Of a stretch of 63,180 nt of DNA, positions 51,027 through 59,462 are shown in pieces. Below the pieces are notes generated by a model. That model made no database searches. It was not told where the DNA came from and worked only from the letters and a program-made list of their open reading frames with translations. Made by a program: the position numbers and the translations under genes. Each line of letters opens with the position of its first letter. Positions within the stretch are counted from its first letter, which is position 1. Source of the DNA: a virus. Its lineage: Duplodnaviria; Caudoviricetes. The DNA lies in the IMG/VR virus record IMGVR_UViG_3300042898_003076, positions 1 through 63,180 of that record, one strand, 5' to 3'.

Positions 51027-53231
51027 TTATCTTATATTTTTAAAAGGATTTCTAGATGGCTTTCCACCCAAAGTTCCTTTACCCATTCCTATATGTTTAA
51101 ACGGGCTATTATTTAATTTATACAAATTTTCTGACTTTTGCAAATGTTTCTTGTCTAAAATTTCAACTCTTCTACGAATTCCTCTGTTAGCTTGTTGAAC
51201 TTTTGCAAAAGCAATGAGTGCGGCAAGTGCTACTAATCTATCCACGTTGACATCGTCTGTGTAAGCTTCCATCTCTTTTAGAGCCATTATATCAGGTATA
51301 CGTTCTATGCCAAATGTAGTTCTTACAATGGTTCCGTCTTCTTTGGTCTCAACATCAATCTCTTCTTTGAGGAATTCAATTAAATAACTTAGCATGTTGG
51401 CTTTGAAGAGAGTTCCTGTATTCTTCCAGCCATATTCTTGGAATACATTCTTGTTAGAACCTAAGTCTTTTAAGAAAAGCATTTGGTCTTTAGGTACTAA
51501 GTAACGCTGTTTTCTTTTACTCATCATGTATAGGATGAAGAGAGAAACGTTGTTCTCTACAACTGTCCACGCATTATACCACTCAATGATCATCTCTAAT
51601 CTTTCATGGGTTTTAGTAATGTCATCAAAACGTCCGCACCAGGCTGCTACAATACCGTCTCTGTCAACGTTTGTTTGTGTTTGATCTGTGTCAACCTTTG
51701 TTACCTCTATTGGATTCTTGTAAACATAAATAGAACACAAGGATTCTGATGTAGTAGTTTTACCTTCAGACACAGGGTCAATAGAAGCATAATAAGTTCC
51801 CCACTCTGCTTTAGCGTTAGGTCTTTCCCAAACAACAATTGATCCGGTTTTATCTTCTGTGTTTTTTGTAATTGGAAATTCTAGTATTGGTAATTTGTTT
51901 GTGACCTTAGGTTCTATTTTGCCATCAACTTTACGCTCTAGTTGTACAAATTCATAAGGATAGTCTTTCTCCTCAATTCTTCTCTTCTGTGCAGCAACAA
52001 GATTTTGTGGAAAGATTGATAATTTTCTGTAAGCAAAAGCCTCAGCAATATTACGTGGATGCTGTGATATACGTAACTGGTACTTTTCTGGTGAAAGATC
52101 TTTTTTCCACTTTTCAAATTTAGCATTTAAAGCTTCTAAAGCTTCCTCAACAAGTGAGTTACCATACTTGTCAATATAAGGTGGCATACACCATTGTTCA
52201 GGAATAAACAAAGCTGACTCACCTATTGTACCTTTATCATCTAATAAATCTGTAGTCACAGGGTATATAGAATTCACTACAGGAAACAAGGTCATGTGCT
52301 TCAATGGTTCACATTGATCAAGATCACCCACAGTACCTGCAGCTATAAAAGTTCCCGTTGTAATATCACCAGATTGTAAGGCTGGAAACAAGTATTCAAC
52401 TGTTTTATCCATACTAGGCGCTATACCAGCTTCTTCATAAAAAAAGTAACGTATTGCACCCCCTACACCGGTTGTGTCATTCTGGTCAAAACTTACACCT
52501 TGTAAAGTTCCTTTTAGTCCTTTTAATGTACTACGTCCATCAGGACCCGTGTCTTCAATTTGTTGTTGCCACATTAAAACTTTACCAGGATTCATAGGAC
52601 GGTACCAAGCAGTCTTGTCATCTAAGAAAGACTTGTACTCATTTAAAAATTTCCATGAACCTTTATCATTAATGTAGTCTTTAAGACTTGCACCCATTTT
52701 AAGTATAGGTGTTTCTTCAAACCAGATTTGATTTATGAGTTTAGCACAGTGGTAATAAGATGATCCAAACTGACGTTTCTTTAAAACTACACAGTGCATC
52801 TGATGTAATTCTGCACATAGTTCATATAGAGCCATGTGATACTGACCATCCCAAATTTCAGGAAAGTCAAACTTACGTTTTACCTTGTCATTGATTGAAA
52901 GGAAGTTAACCCACATATAGTATTCCCGTGGAAGGAACCAAGTATCTTTAGATCCTTTAAAAATTACACCTTTTCTGCATTTTTCTTTTTGATCATTCCA
53001 ATATTCAATAAAATCACGGCTGCCTTCAGGATATGGACAAAAGTATCCGGTTCTTTGAAACTTTCGTGCTTGCGCATTAAACTCAATAGATATGTCATCA
53101 AAATTATATTTTCCTGGTATTTTAAACATTGACACAACAAAAGCTTTATATAACTCTTGTGTTTCAAAAGAAGTGGTAGTCCATTCACCATTATCCCAAG
53201 TAGGGATTGTTATGTAAGACTCTGTGCTCAC
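51027..53231 (-). CDS. terL: Terminase large subunit
   Basis: LKKRQFGSSY (Walker A-like), FFYEEAG (Walker B), AAGTVG, YYASIDPV nuclease motif, C-terminal VDRLVAL; GTG start. Confidence 0.9.
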   Translation of the reverse strand: MSTESYITIPTWDNGEWTTTSFETQELYKAFVVSMFKIPGKYNFDDISIEFNAQARKFQRTGYFCPYPEGSRDFIEYWNDQKEKCRKGVIFKGSKDTWFLPREYYMWVNFLSINDKVKRKFDFPEIWDGQYHMALYELCAELHQMHCVVLKKRQFGSSYYHCAKLINQIWFEETPILKMGASLKDYINDKGSWKFLNEYKSFLDDKTAWYRPMNPGKVLMWQQQIEDTGPDGRSTLKGLKGTLQGVSFDQNDTTGVGGAIRYFFYEEAGIAPSMDKTVEYLFPALQSGDITTGTFIAAGTVGDLDQCEPLKHMTLFPVVNSIYPVTTDLLDDKGTIGESALFIPEQWCMPPYIDKYGNSLVEEALEALNAKFEKWKKDLSPEKYQLRISQHPRNIAEAFAYRKLSIFPQNLVAAQKRRIEEKDYPYEFVQLERKVDGKIEPKVTNKLPILEFPITKNTEDKTGSIVVWERPNAKAEWGTYYASIDPVSEGKTTTSESLCSIYVYKNPIEVTKVDTDQTQTNVDRDGIVAAWCGRFDDITKTHERLEMIIEWYNAWTVVENNVSLFILYMMSKRKQRYLVPKDQMLFLKDLGSNKNVFQEYGWKNTGTLFKANMLSYLIEFLKEEIDVETKEDGTIVRTTFGIERIPDIMALKEMEAYTDDVNVDRLVALAALIAFAKVQQANRGIRRRVEILDKKHLQKSENLYKLNNSPFKHIGMGKGTLGGKPSRNPFKNIR

Positions 53232-53446
53232 TTAATTTTTTTCATAAAATCTTGAATGCTTTTAAGATCTCCTTCATGTGCTACTATTAAACCTTCTAGA
53301 GTTTTTTGAGCTTTGCTTTTAATTACATTTTTGTAAACGCCATTAAAATAATCTTGAACATCTTCTCTTCTAAAAGCTGCCCATGAGTTTGTATGATAGT
53401 TGTAATGAAACAACCAATCATAAAGATGACTTTGACTATTGATCAT
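53228..53446 (-). CDS. Hypothetical protein
   Basis: 72 aa, GTGA-coupled to terL. Confidence 0.65.
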   Translation of the reverse strand: MINSQSHLYDWLFHYNYHTNSWAAFRREDVQDYFNGVYKNVIKSKAQKTLEGLIVAHEGDLKSIQDFMKKIK

Positions 53447-53948
53447 ATGCTAATTTTTTATTTCCGCGTGTGCGGCCTTTTGATTCTTCAAGTTCTTGTA
53501 ATACAACTTTTTCAAGCTGTTTAAATTCTAGTATGGTTTTACCTACAGATTTTACTTGTGCTTGTAATGCTCCAATATTACCATCTCTTCCTGTGGTAAC
53601 AGGTGCAGTTCTTGCAAAGTGACTAAGCTTCTCAAGTAAGTTTTTGTTGTCAAGGTAATATCTGTAAGTTGGTGTTACATAAAGTTCTTCTAGTTTATTC
53701 ATGGCTGCAATCATTACATCATCTTCAAGAGTATAATCTCCAGCAAAATCTGTAATCAAAACCTCATCTTTTTCACCCTCAGGAATATTTGCATAAGGGC
53801 TTTCTACATCATATCTGAAATGTAAAAAATTAAACGCGGGAATAGGGTCCTCATAAAAATCATGTATAGCTTTAAGCTCAGGTATAGACAGACAATTATG
53901 ATTGATCACAACGTGTCCTCCTACTATGTCAAACATTTTAATAATCAT
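53436..53948 (-). CDS. Conserved protein upstream of terL, possible terminase small subunit
   Basis: 170 aa helical protein, basic C-tail (RTRGNKKL), position. Confidence 0.45.
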   Translation of the reverse strand: MIIKMFDIVGGHVVINHNCLSIPELKAIHDFYEDPIPAFNFLHFRYDVESPYANIPEGEKDEVLITDFAGDYTLEDDVMIAAMNKLEELYVTPTYRYYLDNKNLLEKLSHFARTAPVTTGRDGNIGALQAQVKSVGKTILEFKQLEKVVLQELEESKGRTRGNKKLAYDQ

Positions 53949-54136
53949 CTCTTACGCCATTTAATGTGAACACCAAAACACGCTATACAAAGCGTGCAGT
54001 CAACGTAGTCTGTCATTGGAAAAGATATACCAAAGCATATTCCAGTAAAGTACGTGACATCAATTTTAAACCTTTTCTTTTTCATTTTAACTTTTTCACA
54101 GAACAAGTATCTGTTTTCAAATTCATTATTACTCAT
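53945..54136 (-). CDS. Hypothetical protein
   Basis: Short ORF coupled (ATGA) to the downstream gene. Confidence 0.5.
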   Translation of the reverse strand: MSNNEFENRYLFCEKVKMKKKRFKIDVTYFTGICFGISFPMTDYVDCTLCIACFGVHIKWRKR

Positions 54137-54139
54137 TTT

Positions 54140-54967
54140 TCAAGTGCTTACTTTTTTGTTTGCTTTTAAATAGTTAACCATTGCAATTACTTCACTCTTC
54201 AAGTACGGCACCTCATAAGGTATTACTGTTTTAACAACAGGATCTCCATTTGCGTCCTTTTTTGGAATTGCATTCCCAAATTTGTCCTCTCTCTCTTTTT
54301 CAAAGATCACATGGTGCAAAAACATTTTACCTGGTTTGTACTTAGGATTATGTTTTAAAATGATGTACATGTATATGCTCAGCTGTAATGAATAGTGATT
54401 AAAATTGCAATCATCCAAATGAGCACATGGGCCAGTCATTTTCTGTGTAATCTTTTCCCAATTTGTAAAGCCGGTCTTTTTAATCTCTTTGTTAGTCTTA
54501 TAGTCAATTATGTTTACTAGATCCTTAACTACTTCAACCATATCTGATTGTCCACACAAACCTGCTGACTTCAAATATACAAAATGTTCAGGATAAATCC
54601 CTTCTGTTAATCTTTGCTCAGGAGCTTTTTTTACACCATTTTCAAAGATAGGTCTTATAATAGGAATAGCTCTTCCAGATTTTTGTATGGAGTCTAAACT
54701 AGTAATATCTAGTTCTCTTTGTTCATGATAAACAGACCCTCTATTAATTGCTTCTTCTGTATTTGTTGCCCAGTGAGCCTGAATTTCTTCAGGAGAAAGT
54801 CCATACCATTTAGACTTTGGATTCTTTGAAGATTTTATAGACTGAGTTACTGCATCAAAAGCTTGCTTGAATTCACTTACAAACTTTGTAACACTTAACC
54901 AGTCTATCCTTTCATTAGGATCTAGACTTTCATACTTATGATTCTCTGCTTTGAATATGACTGACAT
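54140..54967 (-). CDS. PD-(D/E)XK nuclease (RecB/Cas4-like exonuclease)
   Basis: SVT...RGSVYHE...PEHFVY...LCGQSD...IIDYKT...HYSLQLSIY motifs. Confidence 0.85.
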   Translation of the reverse strand: MSVIFKAENHKYESLDPNERIDWLSVTKFVSEFKQAFDAVTQSIKSSKNPKSKWYGLSPEEIQAHWATNTEEAINRGSVYHEQRELDITSLDSIQKSGRAIPIIRPIFENGVKKAPEQRLTEGIYPEHFVYLKSAGLCGQSDMVEVVKDLVNIIDYKTNKEIKKTGFTNWEKITQKMTGPCAHLDDCNFNHYSLQLSIYMYIILKHNPKYKPGKMFLHHVIFEKEREDKFGNAIPKKDANGDPVVKTVIPYEVPYLKSEVIAMVNYLKANKKVST

Positions 54968-55427
54968 CTTGAGTTGGTGTTGGTTTATAGTCTAAATCTT
55001 TTAAATCTTGTTCACTTAATCTTATATAGTTATTGTTTTCAAATAAATCTCTACCTCTGTCTTCATCAAGCTTCTGTAAAGTAGGATCTGTTAATCTTTC
55101 AAATCTTATCTTTTCTTTTTCTTGATCAGTTCTCTTAAGAGCATTATTAGGTCTAATATGATAAGGTAATTCACCAGTTTTATCTAGCTCATCTATAACC
55201 TCTTTAACATGTTCTTGTGCAGCATAATTTATTTCAGCATCTTCAACCAGCTTAGATTTAGTACTCCAACTTTTTTCAATACTAACTCTACTTGGTGGTA
55301 AGCCTGTCTTTGTGCTAATAATTCTTCTACCGTCACATACTAAGCATCTTGCTTGTGTGTTAGTATTTGTAGCTGATAATGATTCTACACCAGTACCATT
55401 ACATATAGGGCATTTTTGATAACTCAT
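54936..55427 (-). CDS. Protein with N-terminal DnaJ-like CxxCxGxG zinc finger
   Basis: CPICNGTG...CLVCDGRR; likely start MSYQK (ATGA overlap). Confidence 0.6.
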   Translation of the reverse strand: MSYQKCPICNGTGVESLSATNTNTQARCLVCDGRRIISTKTGLPPSRVSIEKSWSTKSKLVEDAEINYAAQEHVKEVIDELDKTGELPYHIRPNNALKRTDQEKEKIRFERLTDPTLQKLDEDRGRDLFENNNYIRLSEQDLKDLDYKPTPTQDVSHIQSRES

Positions 55428-55705
55428 GATTGTACCTCCTTCCACTTAGGTCCATCAGGATGAGGACACTCAGATTCTAGTGATCTTAATTTTAAGGCAA
55501 GGCTGCAGCCACAAACAGAACAGCAAGGTTGGGTACCTACTACAGCACAGTCTGTTCCAAGAGTGTCAAGCATTGGACACTTCTTGCATTCTTTCATACG
55601 CATGTAATATACTTCTTCAGTATAGTCATTCCTGAATATCAGGTTCTTGAAGCCCGCCCATATCTGAGCTCGGTTCTTCCAAATTGTTTTTAACTTTTTG
55701 ATCAT
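55424..55705 (-). CDS. Small Cys-cluster (metal-binding) protein
   Basis: RMKECKKCP...C...CCSVCGCSLALKLRS...CP...KW. Confidence 0.65.
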   Translation of the reverse strand: MIKKLKTIWKNRAQIWAGFKNLIFRNDYTEEVYYMRMKECKKCPMLDTLGTDCAVVGTQPCCSVCGCSLALKLRSLESECPHPDGPKWKEVQS

Positions 55706-56090
55706 AACGTTTTTGTTTTACACTTTGTTTTTTAAGGTTGTCTGCTTCAATCATCTTTTCAAGTTCTAGAATTTTATTCATGTTCCCTTGTACATCTTTG
55801 AGTATAGAGAACTTATAAAAGCTTATTTTATCACCTGCTTCAACATCAATCTTGTACTTGTTTAAGATGTTCTCATGTTTTAGAAGAACCTCTTTTATTT
55901 TCCAATACTTGACTTTAAAAGTTCCTAAGCCTTCAACTATTACATTATGAGCTTCGCAGTTAGACATTACTCTACGGATTTCTTTCCAGTAGAAGGAAAT
56001 TAAGTCAGCTACAAGTTCCTCACTCACGTTGTTTTCCTCAGCAGTTTTTTTATAGAACTCAGTTGGTTTCTTCGGCAGCAACATGTACAA
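55626..56090 (-). CDS. IHF/HU-like DNA-binding protein
   Basis: KTAEENNVSEELVADLI...VIVEGLGTFKV matches the HU/IHF pattern. Confidence 0.7.
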   Translation of the reverse strand: MYMLLPKKPTEFYKKTAEENNVSEELVADLISFYWKEIRRVMSNCEAHNVIVEGLGTFKVKYWKIKEVLLKHENILNKYKIDVEAGDKISFYKFSILKDVQGNMNKILELEKMIEADNLKKQSVKQKRYDQKVKNNLEEPSSDMGGLQEPDIQE

Positions 56091-56484
56091 TTTTGTAATT
56101 TAGTAAAATGCTGTTACTTGTTTGTATTTTCAAGTCAGGATTTAAACTTATACGCTTACGTCCCTTACCAGATTTTACTATTAAGTTTTCTTTTTCAACT
56201 TTGATTAACACATTGCGGATCGTCTGTGGAGATGCATCCGGCATTCTTTCACTTGATTTTGCGGGTTTCCAGTTCTTAAGTTTGTGTTGTAAACGCTTTT
56301 CAGCCATGTACACACAAAAGTCTGTAAGCTCTGACTCACCCGTTTTACCAAGACTTGTAAGACAATCAAGATCTAGATCACTCAAAAGTATACGGTTAAT
56401 ATAGCAATGAGTGATCAGCTGATACTTGATTATATCATCCAGATCCATCCGGACTTGTTTGTTTACTACATTTACTTTTGCCAT
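56059..56484 (-). CDS. Winged-HTH protein, RepL-like
   Basis: SPQTIRNVLIKVEKENLIVKSGKG...ISLNP; a RepL-like plus IHF pair near terL is typical of crAss-like phages. Confidence 0.55.
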   Translation of the reverse strand: MAKVNVVNKQVRMDLDDIIKYQLITHCYINRILLSDLDLDCLTSLGKTGESELTDFCVYMAEKRLQHKLKNWKPAKSSERMPDASPQTIRNVLIKVEKENLIVKSGKGRKRISLNPDLKIQTSNSILLNYKIVHVAAEETN

Positions 56485-56502
56485 GTTGGTATGGAAATGT
56501 AA

Positions 56503-56790
56503 TTAATTTTGACTTTTTAATTTGCGCTCTTTCTTTTCAACTGGAGCTTCTGGTTCACCTTCTAGTTCTTCTGGCGGAGGAGGTGCAAGTAACTGTGCAA
56601 TACGCATTCTCATGGTATAGTACTTTAATCTTGCTTCTTCAATGTCTGCAATGTAGCGCTCATACTCAAGGGTTGTTTTCAAAAACGGTAATTGTTCCTT
56701 GTAGTGTTTGTGCTGATTCTCTTTAAAAGCTTTAATCTCTTCTGGAGTAGCTTCTCTTTCTTCTGGGTTGGTGTTGGTGTTTTCTGACAT
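56503..56790 (-). CDS. Hypothetical coiled-coil protein (likely start MSENTNT)
   Basis: The ORF-track extension runs through promoter/terminator DNA. Confidence 0.6.
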   Translation of the reverse strand: MSENTNTNPEEREATPEEIKAFKENQHKHYKEQLPFLKTTLEYERYIADIEEARLKYYTMRMRIAQLLAPPPPEELEGEPEAPVEKKERKLKSQN

Positions 56791-56817
56791 GTTAAACTTT
56801 TTTAATTTTATGTACAG

Positions 56818-56845
56818 CAAATATAATACAAAAAGTTTAAACTTT
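56818..56845 (-). promoter_or_regulatory. Bacteroidota-type -7 element TATATTTG plus perfect 14-bp palindrome AAAGTTTAAACTTT
   Basis: TAnnTTTG match at 56818-56825; palindrome at 56832-56845. Confidence 0.65.
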
Positions 56846-56857
56846 ACACATTTAAAC

Positions 56858-56885
56858 AAAAAAAATCCTGACTAGTGCCAGGATT
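56858..56885 (-). terminator. Rho-independent terminator
   Basis: Minus strand AATCCTGG-CACTAG-TCAGGATT continuing into a T run. Confidence 0.75.
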
Positions 56886-56911
56886 ATGTTTATACAAGAT
56901 ATTGGTTGTGA

Positions 56912-57592
56912 CTAATTTGTGTTGTAGCCAGTAAAGGGGGAAGCCCACTTTCTTATACCTGTAAAACGGTAAAAGTATTCTGTCTGTCCTGTTGGTTTAT
57001 ACACAGGAGCAATAAATTGTGTTTCAACATCTAATAGTTTGTCAGCAGGAACTTTTAAGTTATTCCACGCCGTTGCATAAGCCGCACCTTGTGCAAAAGG
57101 AGAGCCGGGTATTGGATTTGATGCAGCATCTACAAGAGCTAACGTTCCTGTTGTTCCACCACTAAATACTCCCATCTGATTTAAAATATACGCGTAATCA
57201 GTTACTGAATATAAACCAGCTGGTAAGCTATAAACTACACCAACAATATTAAATGCTTTGCTTATTGTGATTTGTAGTTCATCCCACTCATATTCAGAGA
57301 AGGCAACAACCATTCCTAAACTTAAGTGATGAATGTTTTGATCTAGTGTGTGAGGATCAACTTGTGGTTCACCATTAATCAACTCATGATTCCAAATAGA
57401 ATTAAAAGCTGCCACCTTAACTTCTTTTGCGTAGATACTAGCAAAATAGTTTACAGCATCTATATATGGGTTTTCCCATTTAGATTTCTTTTTGCCTGGT
57501 AATCTAAAAGTGTTTGTTGCGTACAATTTTGTACCTTTTAAATTATTAGCAAGAGTTAATGCTGTTGGTATTAATTTGTCATTTGCCGCCAT
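56912..57592 (-). CDS. Hypothetical protein in an apparently monocistronic unit
   Basis: 226 aa flanked by a promoter-like motif and a terminator. Confidence 0.65.
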   Translation of the reverse strand: MAANDKLIPTALTLANNLKGTKLYATNTFRLPGKKKSKWENPYIDAVNYFASIYAKEVKVAAFNSIWNHELINGEPQVDPHTLDQNIHHLSLGMVVAFSEYEWDELQITISKAFNIVGVVYSLPAGLYSVTDYAYILNQMGVFSGGTTGTLALVDAASNPIPGSPFAQGAAYATAWNNLKVPADKLLDVETQFIAPVYKPTGQTEYFYRFTGIRKWASPFTGYNTN

Positions 57593-57597
57593 AGTCT

Positions 57598-57628
57598 TAA
57601 TATAAGAAAAAGGTTTTAATTATACAAG
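57598..57628 (-). promoter_or_regulatory. Putative promoter TTG-N20-TATATTAA
   Basis: Minus strand ttg-tataattaaaacctttttct-tatattaa just before the ATG at 57592. Confidence 0.55.
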
Positions 57629-57640
57629 TTATTTTTCAGA

Positions 57641-58069
57641 TTAATCTTTAGGTTCAGACTTAGCTTTTAAATATCCGGTAAGTTCAGCCAATGCGGTGTT
57701 CATTGAAAACTGCATCTTCTCTACACCATCTAATTTTACCCAAAGTTTCTCATGAGCATCTTGTTGCTCTTGACGGATTTCACTGATTCTGTTGTAGATC
57801 TGTTGCTCTTTCTTGTCTACTTCTTCTTTTTGTTTTTGAATTGATTCCATAACAGTTTGTATATTAGCTTTTTTTGCATTCCTTGCATGTAAAAATTTTT
57901 CTTCTGTGTCTTTTTTAAGATCTTGAAGGTCTTTCTCAATTACATCAAGTTTGTCTTTAGTTTTTTCTGCAGCTCTTTTCATTGCATACAAAAAAACAGC
58001 AATACTTAATATACCTATTATAATCTCTACAACTTCTTTTGTGCCAAATGTAAGGTCTGTTGCATTCAT
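57641..58069 (-). CDS. Single-TM coiled-coil protein (holin/spanin-like lysis accessory)
   Basis: One N-terminal hydrophobic helix (VVEIIIGILSIAVFLYAM) followed by heptad repeats; in the lysis cluster. Confidence 0.55.
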   Translation of the reverse strand: MNATDLTFGTKEVVEIIIGILSIAVFLYAMKRAAEKTKDKLDVIEKDLQDLKKDTEEKFLHARNAKKANIQTVMESIQKQKEEVDKKEQQIYNRISEIRQEQQDAHEKLWVKLDGVEKMQFSMNTALAELTGYLKAKSEPKD

Positions 58070-58072
58070 AGT

Positions 58073-58330
58073 TTATTGTTCTGATGGTGTTTCTTCTGTA
58101 TTGTGCTTTTTATTAATCCACTTATCTACAGAGGCTATACCAAAACAAGCTATTGTTATAACTTGGAATGAGTTGAAGATAAACTCATTAACCAGTAAAG
58201 GTTTATTAGCTATTCCTGTGCCTATATCTACAAAGGCAAAAAGGATCATTACTATAAAGGCTATAAAACCTACTACTGCTTTTTCATTGATGCTGTTGTT
58301 GTCATCAAACATTGTCCAAAACTTTTTCAT
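58073..58330 (-). CDS. Putative holin (two TM helices)
   Basis: 85 aa, two hydrophobic segments, charged C-tail, near the endolysin candidate. Confidence 0.65.
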   Translation of the reverse strand: MKKFWTMFDDNNSINEKAVVGFIAFIVMILFAFVDIGTGIANKPLLVNEFIFNSFQVITIACFGIASVDKWINKKHNTEETPSEQ

Positions 58331-58349
58331 TTTTCTTTTTTTTTAGTTG

Positions 58350-59459
58350 TTATTTTTTAGCACCATCTTGTGTGGCATATTTTATTCCCATGATTGTTCC
58401 TACTATTGAAAAAGCATTAGTCAACAAAACACTAAACATATTGCTCCAAGTTGAACCAATTATTTGTGTATCTTGATTTGTGATTATTGCTACCCAATAT
58501 AATATTGTTGTTACAACTCCAACTCCAACTATAACAGCCAATGCAACTCTAACAATTATTTTTATTAATTCACTCTGGCTTTTTTTCATCATCACATCTA
58601 AGTCATTTAAAGCTGCATCCTTTTCTAACTCTATTGCATTCTTAAGCTTTTGAGAATTTTCCAACTCTACTGTTAAACTCTTTGTAAGTTCATCTATTTT
58701 TTTCTTGTTGTTTACAGACTCAGTAACATTAGTTGCAATCTTGACTACATCAGTAATATTTCCTTTGCTGTCTAATACAGGGTTATAAGATGCTTGTAAG
58801 TAAACAGTAGAGCCATCTACTTTTTTTCTCTCAAATATTCCATCAAAGTACTTGCCTTTTTTTAAACTCTCCCAAAACTTAGCATACTCATCAGATTTTG
58901 AATATTCATAGCTCACAAAAATACTATGATGTTTGCCAATTACTTTATTTTTTTCATTGGCTTTAAAACCCATTGTTTCTAAAAATATAGAATTGACATC
59001 TGTTATAAAACCTTCAGTATTAAAACTAATAAGAGCTGTACTTCTGTTGATTGCATCTATTTGTTTCTTGCTGTTGACAATTAAACTAATGTCAGTGGCA
59101 ATCTTCATTATCTTGGTGATCTTATTATCCTCATCAAAAATAGGATTGTAAGTTGCTTGAAGATTGATAAGACTTCCATCTTTTTTTCTTCTCTCAAACT
59201 CACCTTGATAATACTTGCCACTTCTTAGTATATCCCAAAACTTTTCATATTCAAGTGTTCTTGCATAATCTTCACACACAAAAATACTATGGTGTTTACC
59301 AATAATCTCTTGGTGATTACCTTTACCATAACCCATTGCTTCTAGGAAGATGTCATTGACCCCTGTTATAATTCCAGTAAGGTCAAAGTAAATTATAGCA
59401 TTGCTTCTGTTTATTGCTTCAAGCCTGCTTAATAACTCTTCTTTAGATAGGTTTTTCAT
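58350..59459 (-). CDS. Tandem PAS-PAS sensor fused to coiled coil and two C-terminal TM helices
   Basis: Two copies of AINRS.A.I.F...G.IT.VN.IFLE.MG...IGKHHSIFV...EY.KFW..L..GKY..G.FERK..DGS...LQA.YNP..D....IT...KIAT (BdlA/MCP-type PAS); hydrophobic IIVRVALAVIVGVGVVTTILYWVAII and WSNMFSVLLTNAFSIVGTIMGI. Confidence 0.85.
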   Translation of the reverse strand: MKNLSKEELLSRLEAINRSNAIIYFDLTGIITGVNDIFLEAMGYGKGNHQEIIGKHHSIFVCEDYARTLEYEKFWDILRSGKYYQGEFERRKKDGSLINLQATYNPIFDEDNKITKIMKIATDISLIVNSKKQIDAINRSTALISFNTEGFITDVNSIFLETMGFKANEKNKVIGKHHSIFVSYEYSKSDEYAKFWESLKKGKYFDGIFERKKVDGSTVYLQASYNPVLDSKGNITDVVKIATNVTESVNNKKKIDELTKSLTVELENSQKLKNAIELEKDAALNDLDVMMKKSQSELIKIIVRVALAVIVGVGVVTTILYWVAIITNQDTQIIGSTWSNMFSVLLTNAFSIVGTIMGIKYATQDGAKK

Positions 59460-59462
59460 TTA

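Noticed and set aside
48251-53231. Introns or inteins in terL and portal
   Set aside because: The ORFs are continuous, of expected size, with no intein or homing endonuclease motifs seen.
54140-54967. Cas4/CRISPR system
   Set aside because: No repeat-spacer array or other cas genes, and no four-Cys Fe-S pattern; stand-alone PD-(D/E)XK nucleases are common in these phages.
58350-59459. Host chemotaxis gene or assembly chimera
   Set aside because: No MCP signalling domain or che genes; the gene is tightly packed and co-oriented with phage lysis genes (3-nt and 19-nt gaps).
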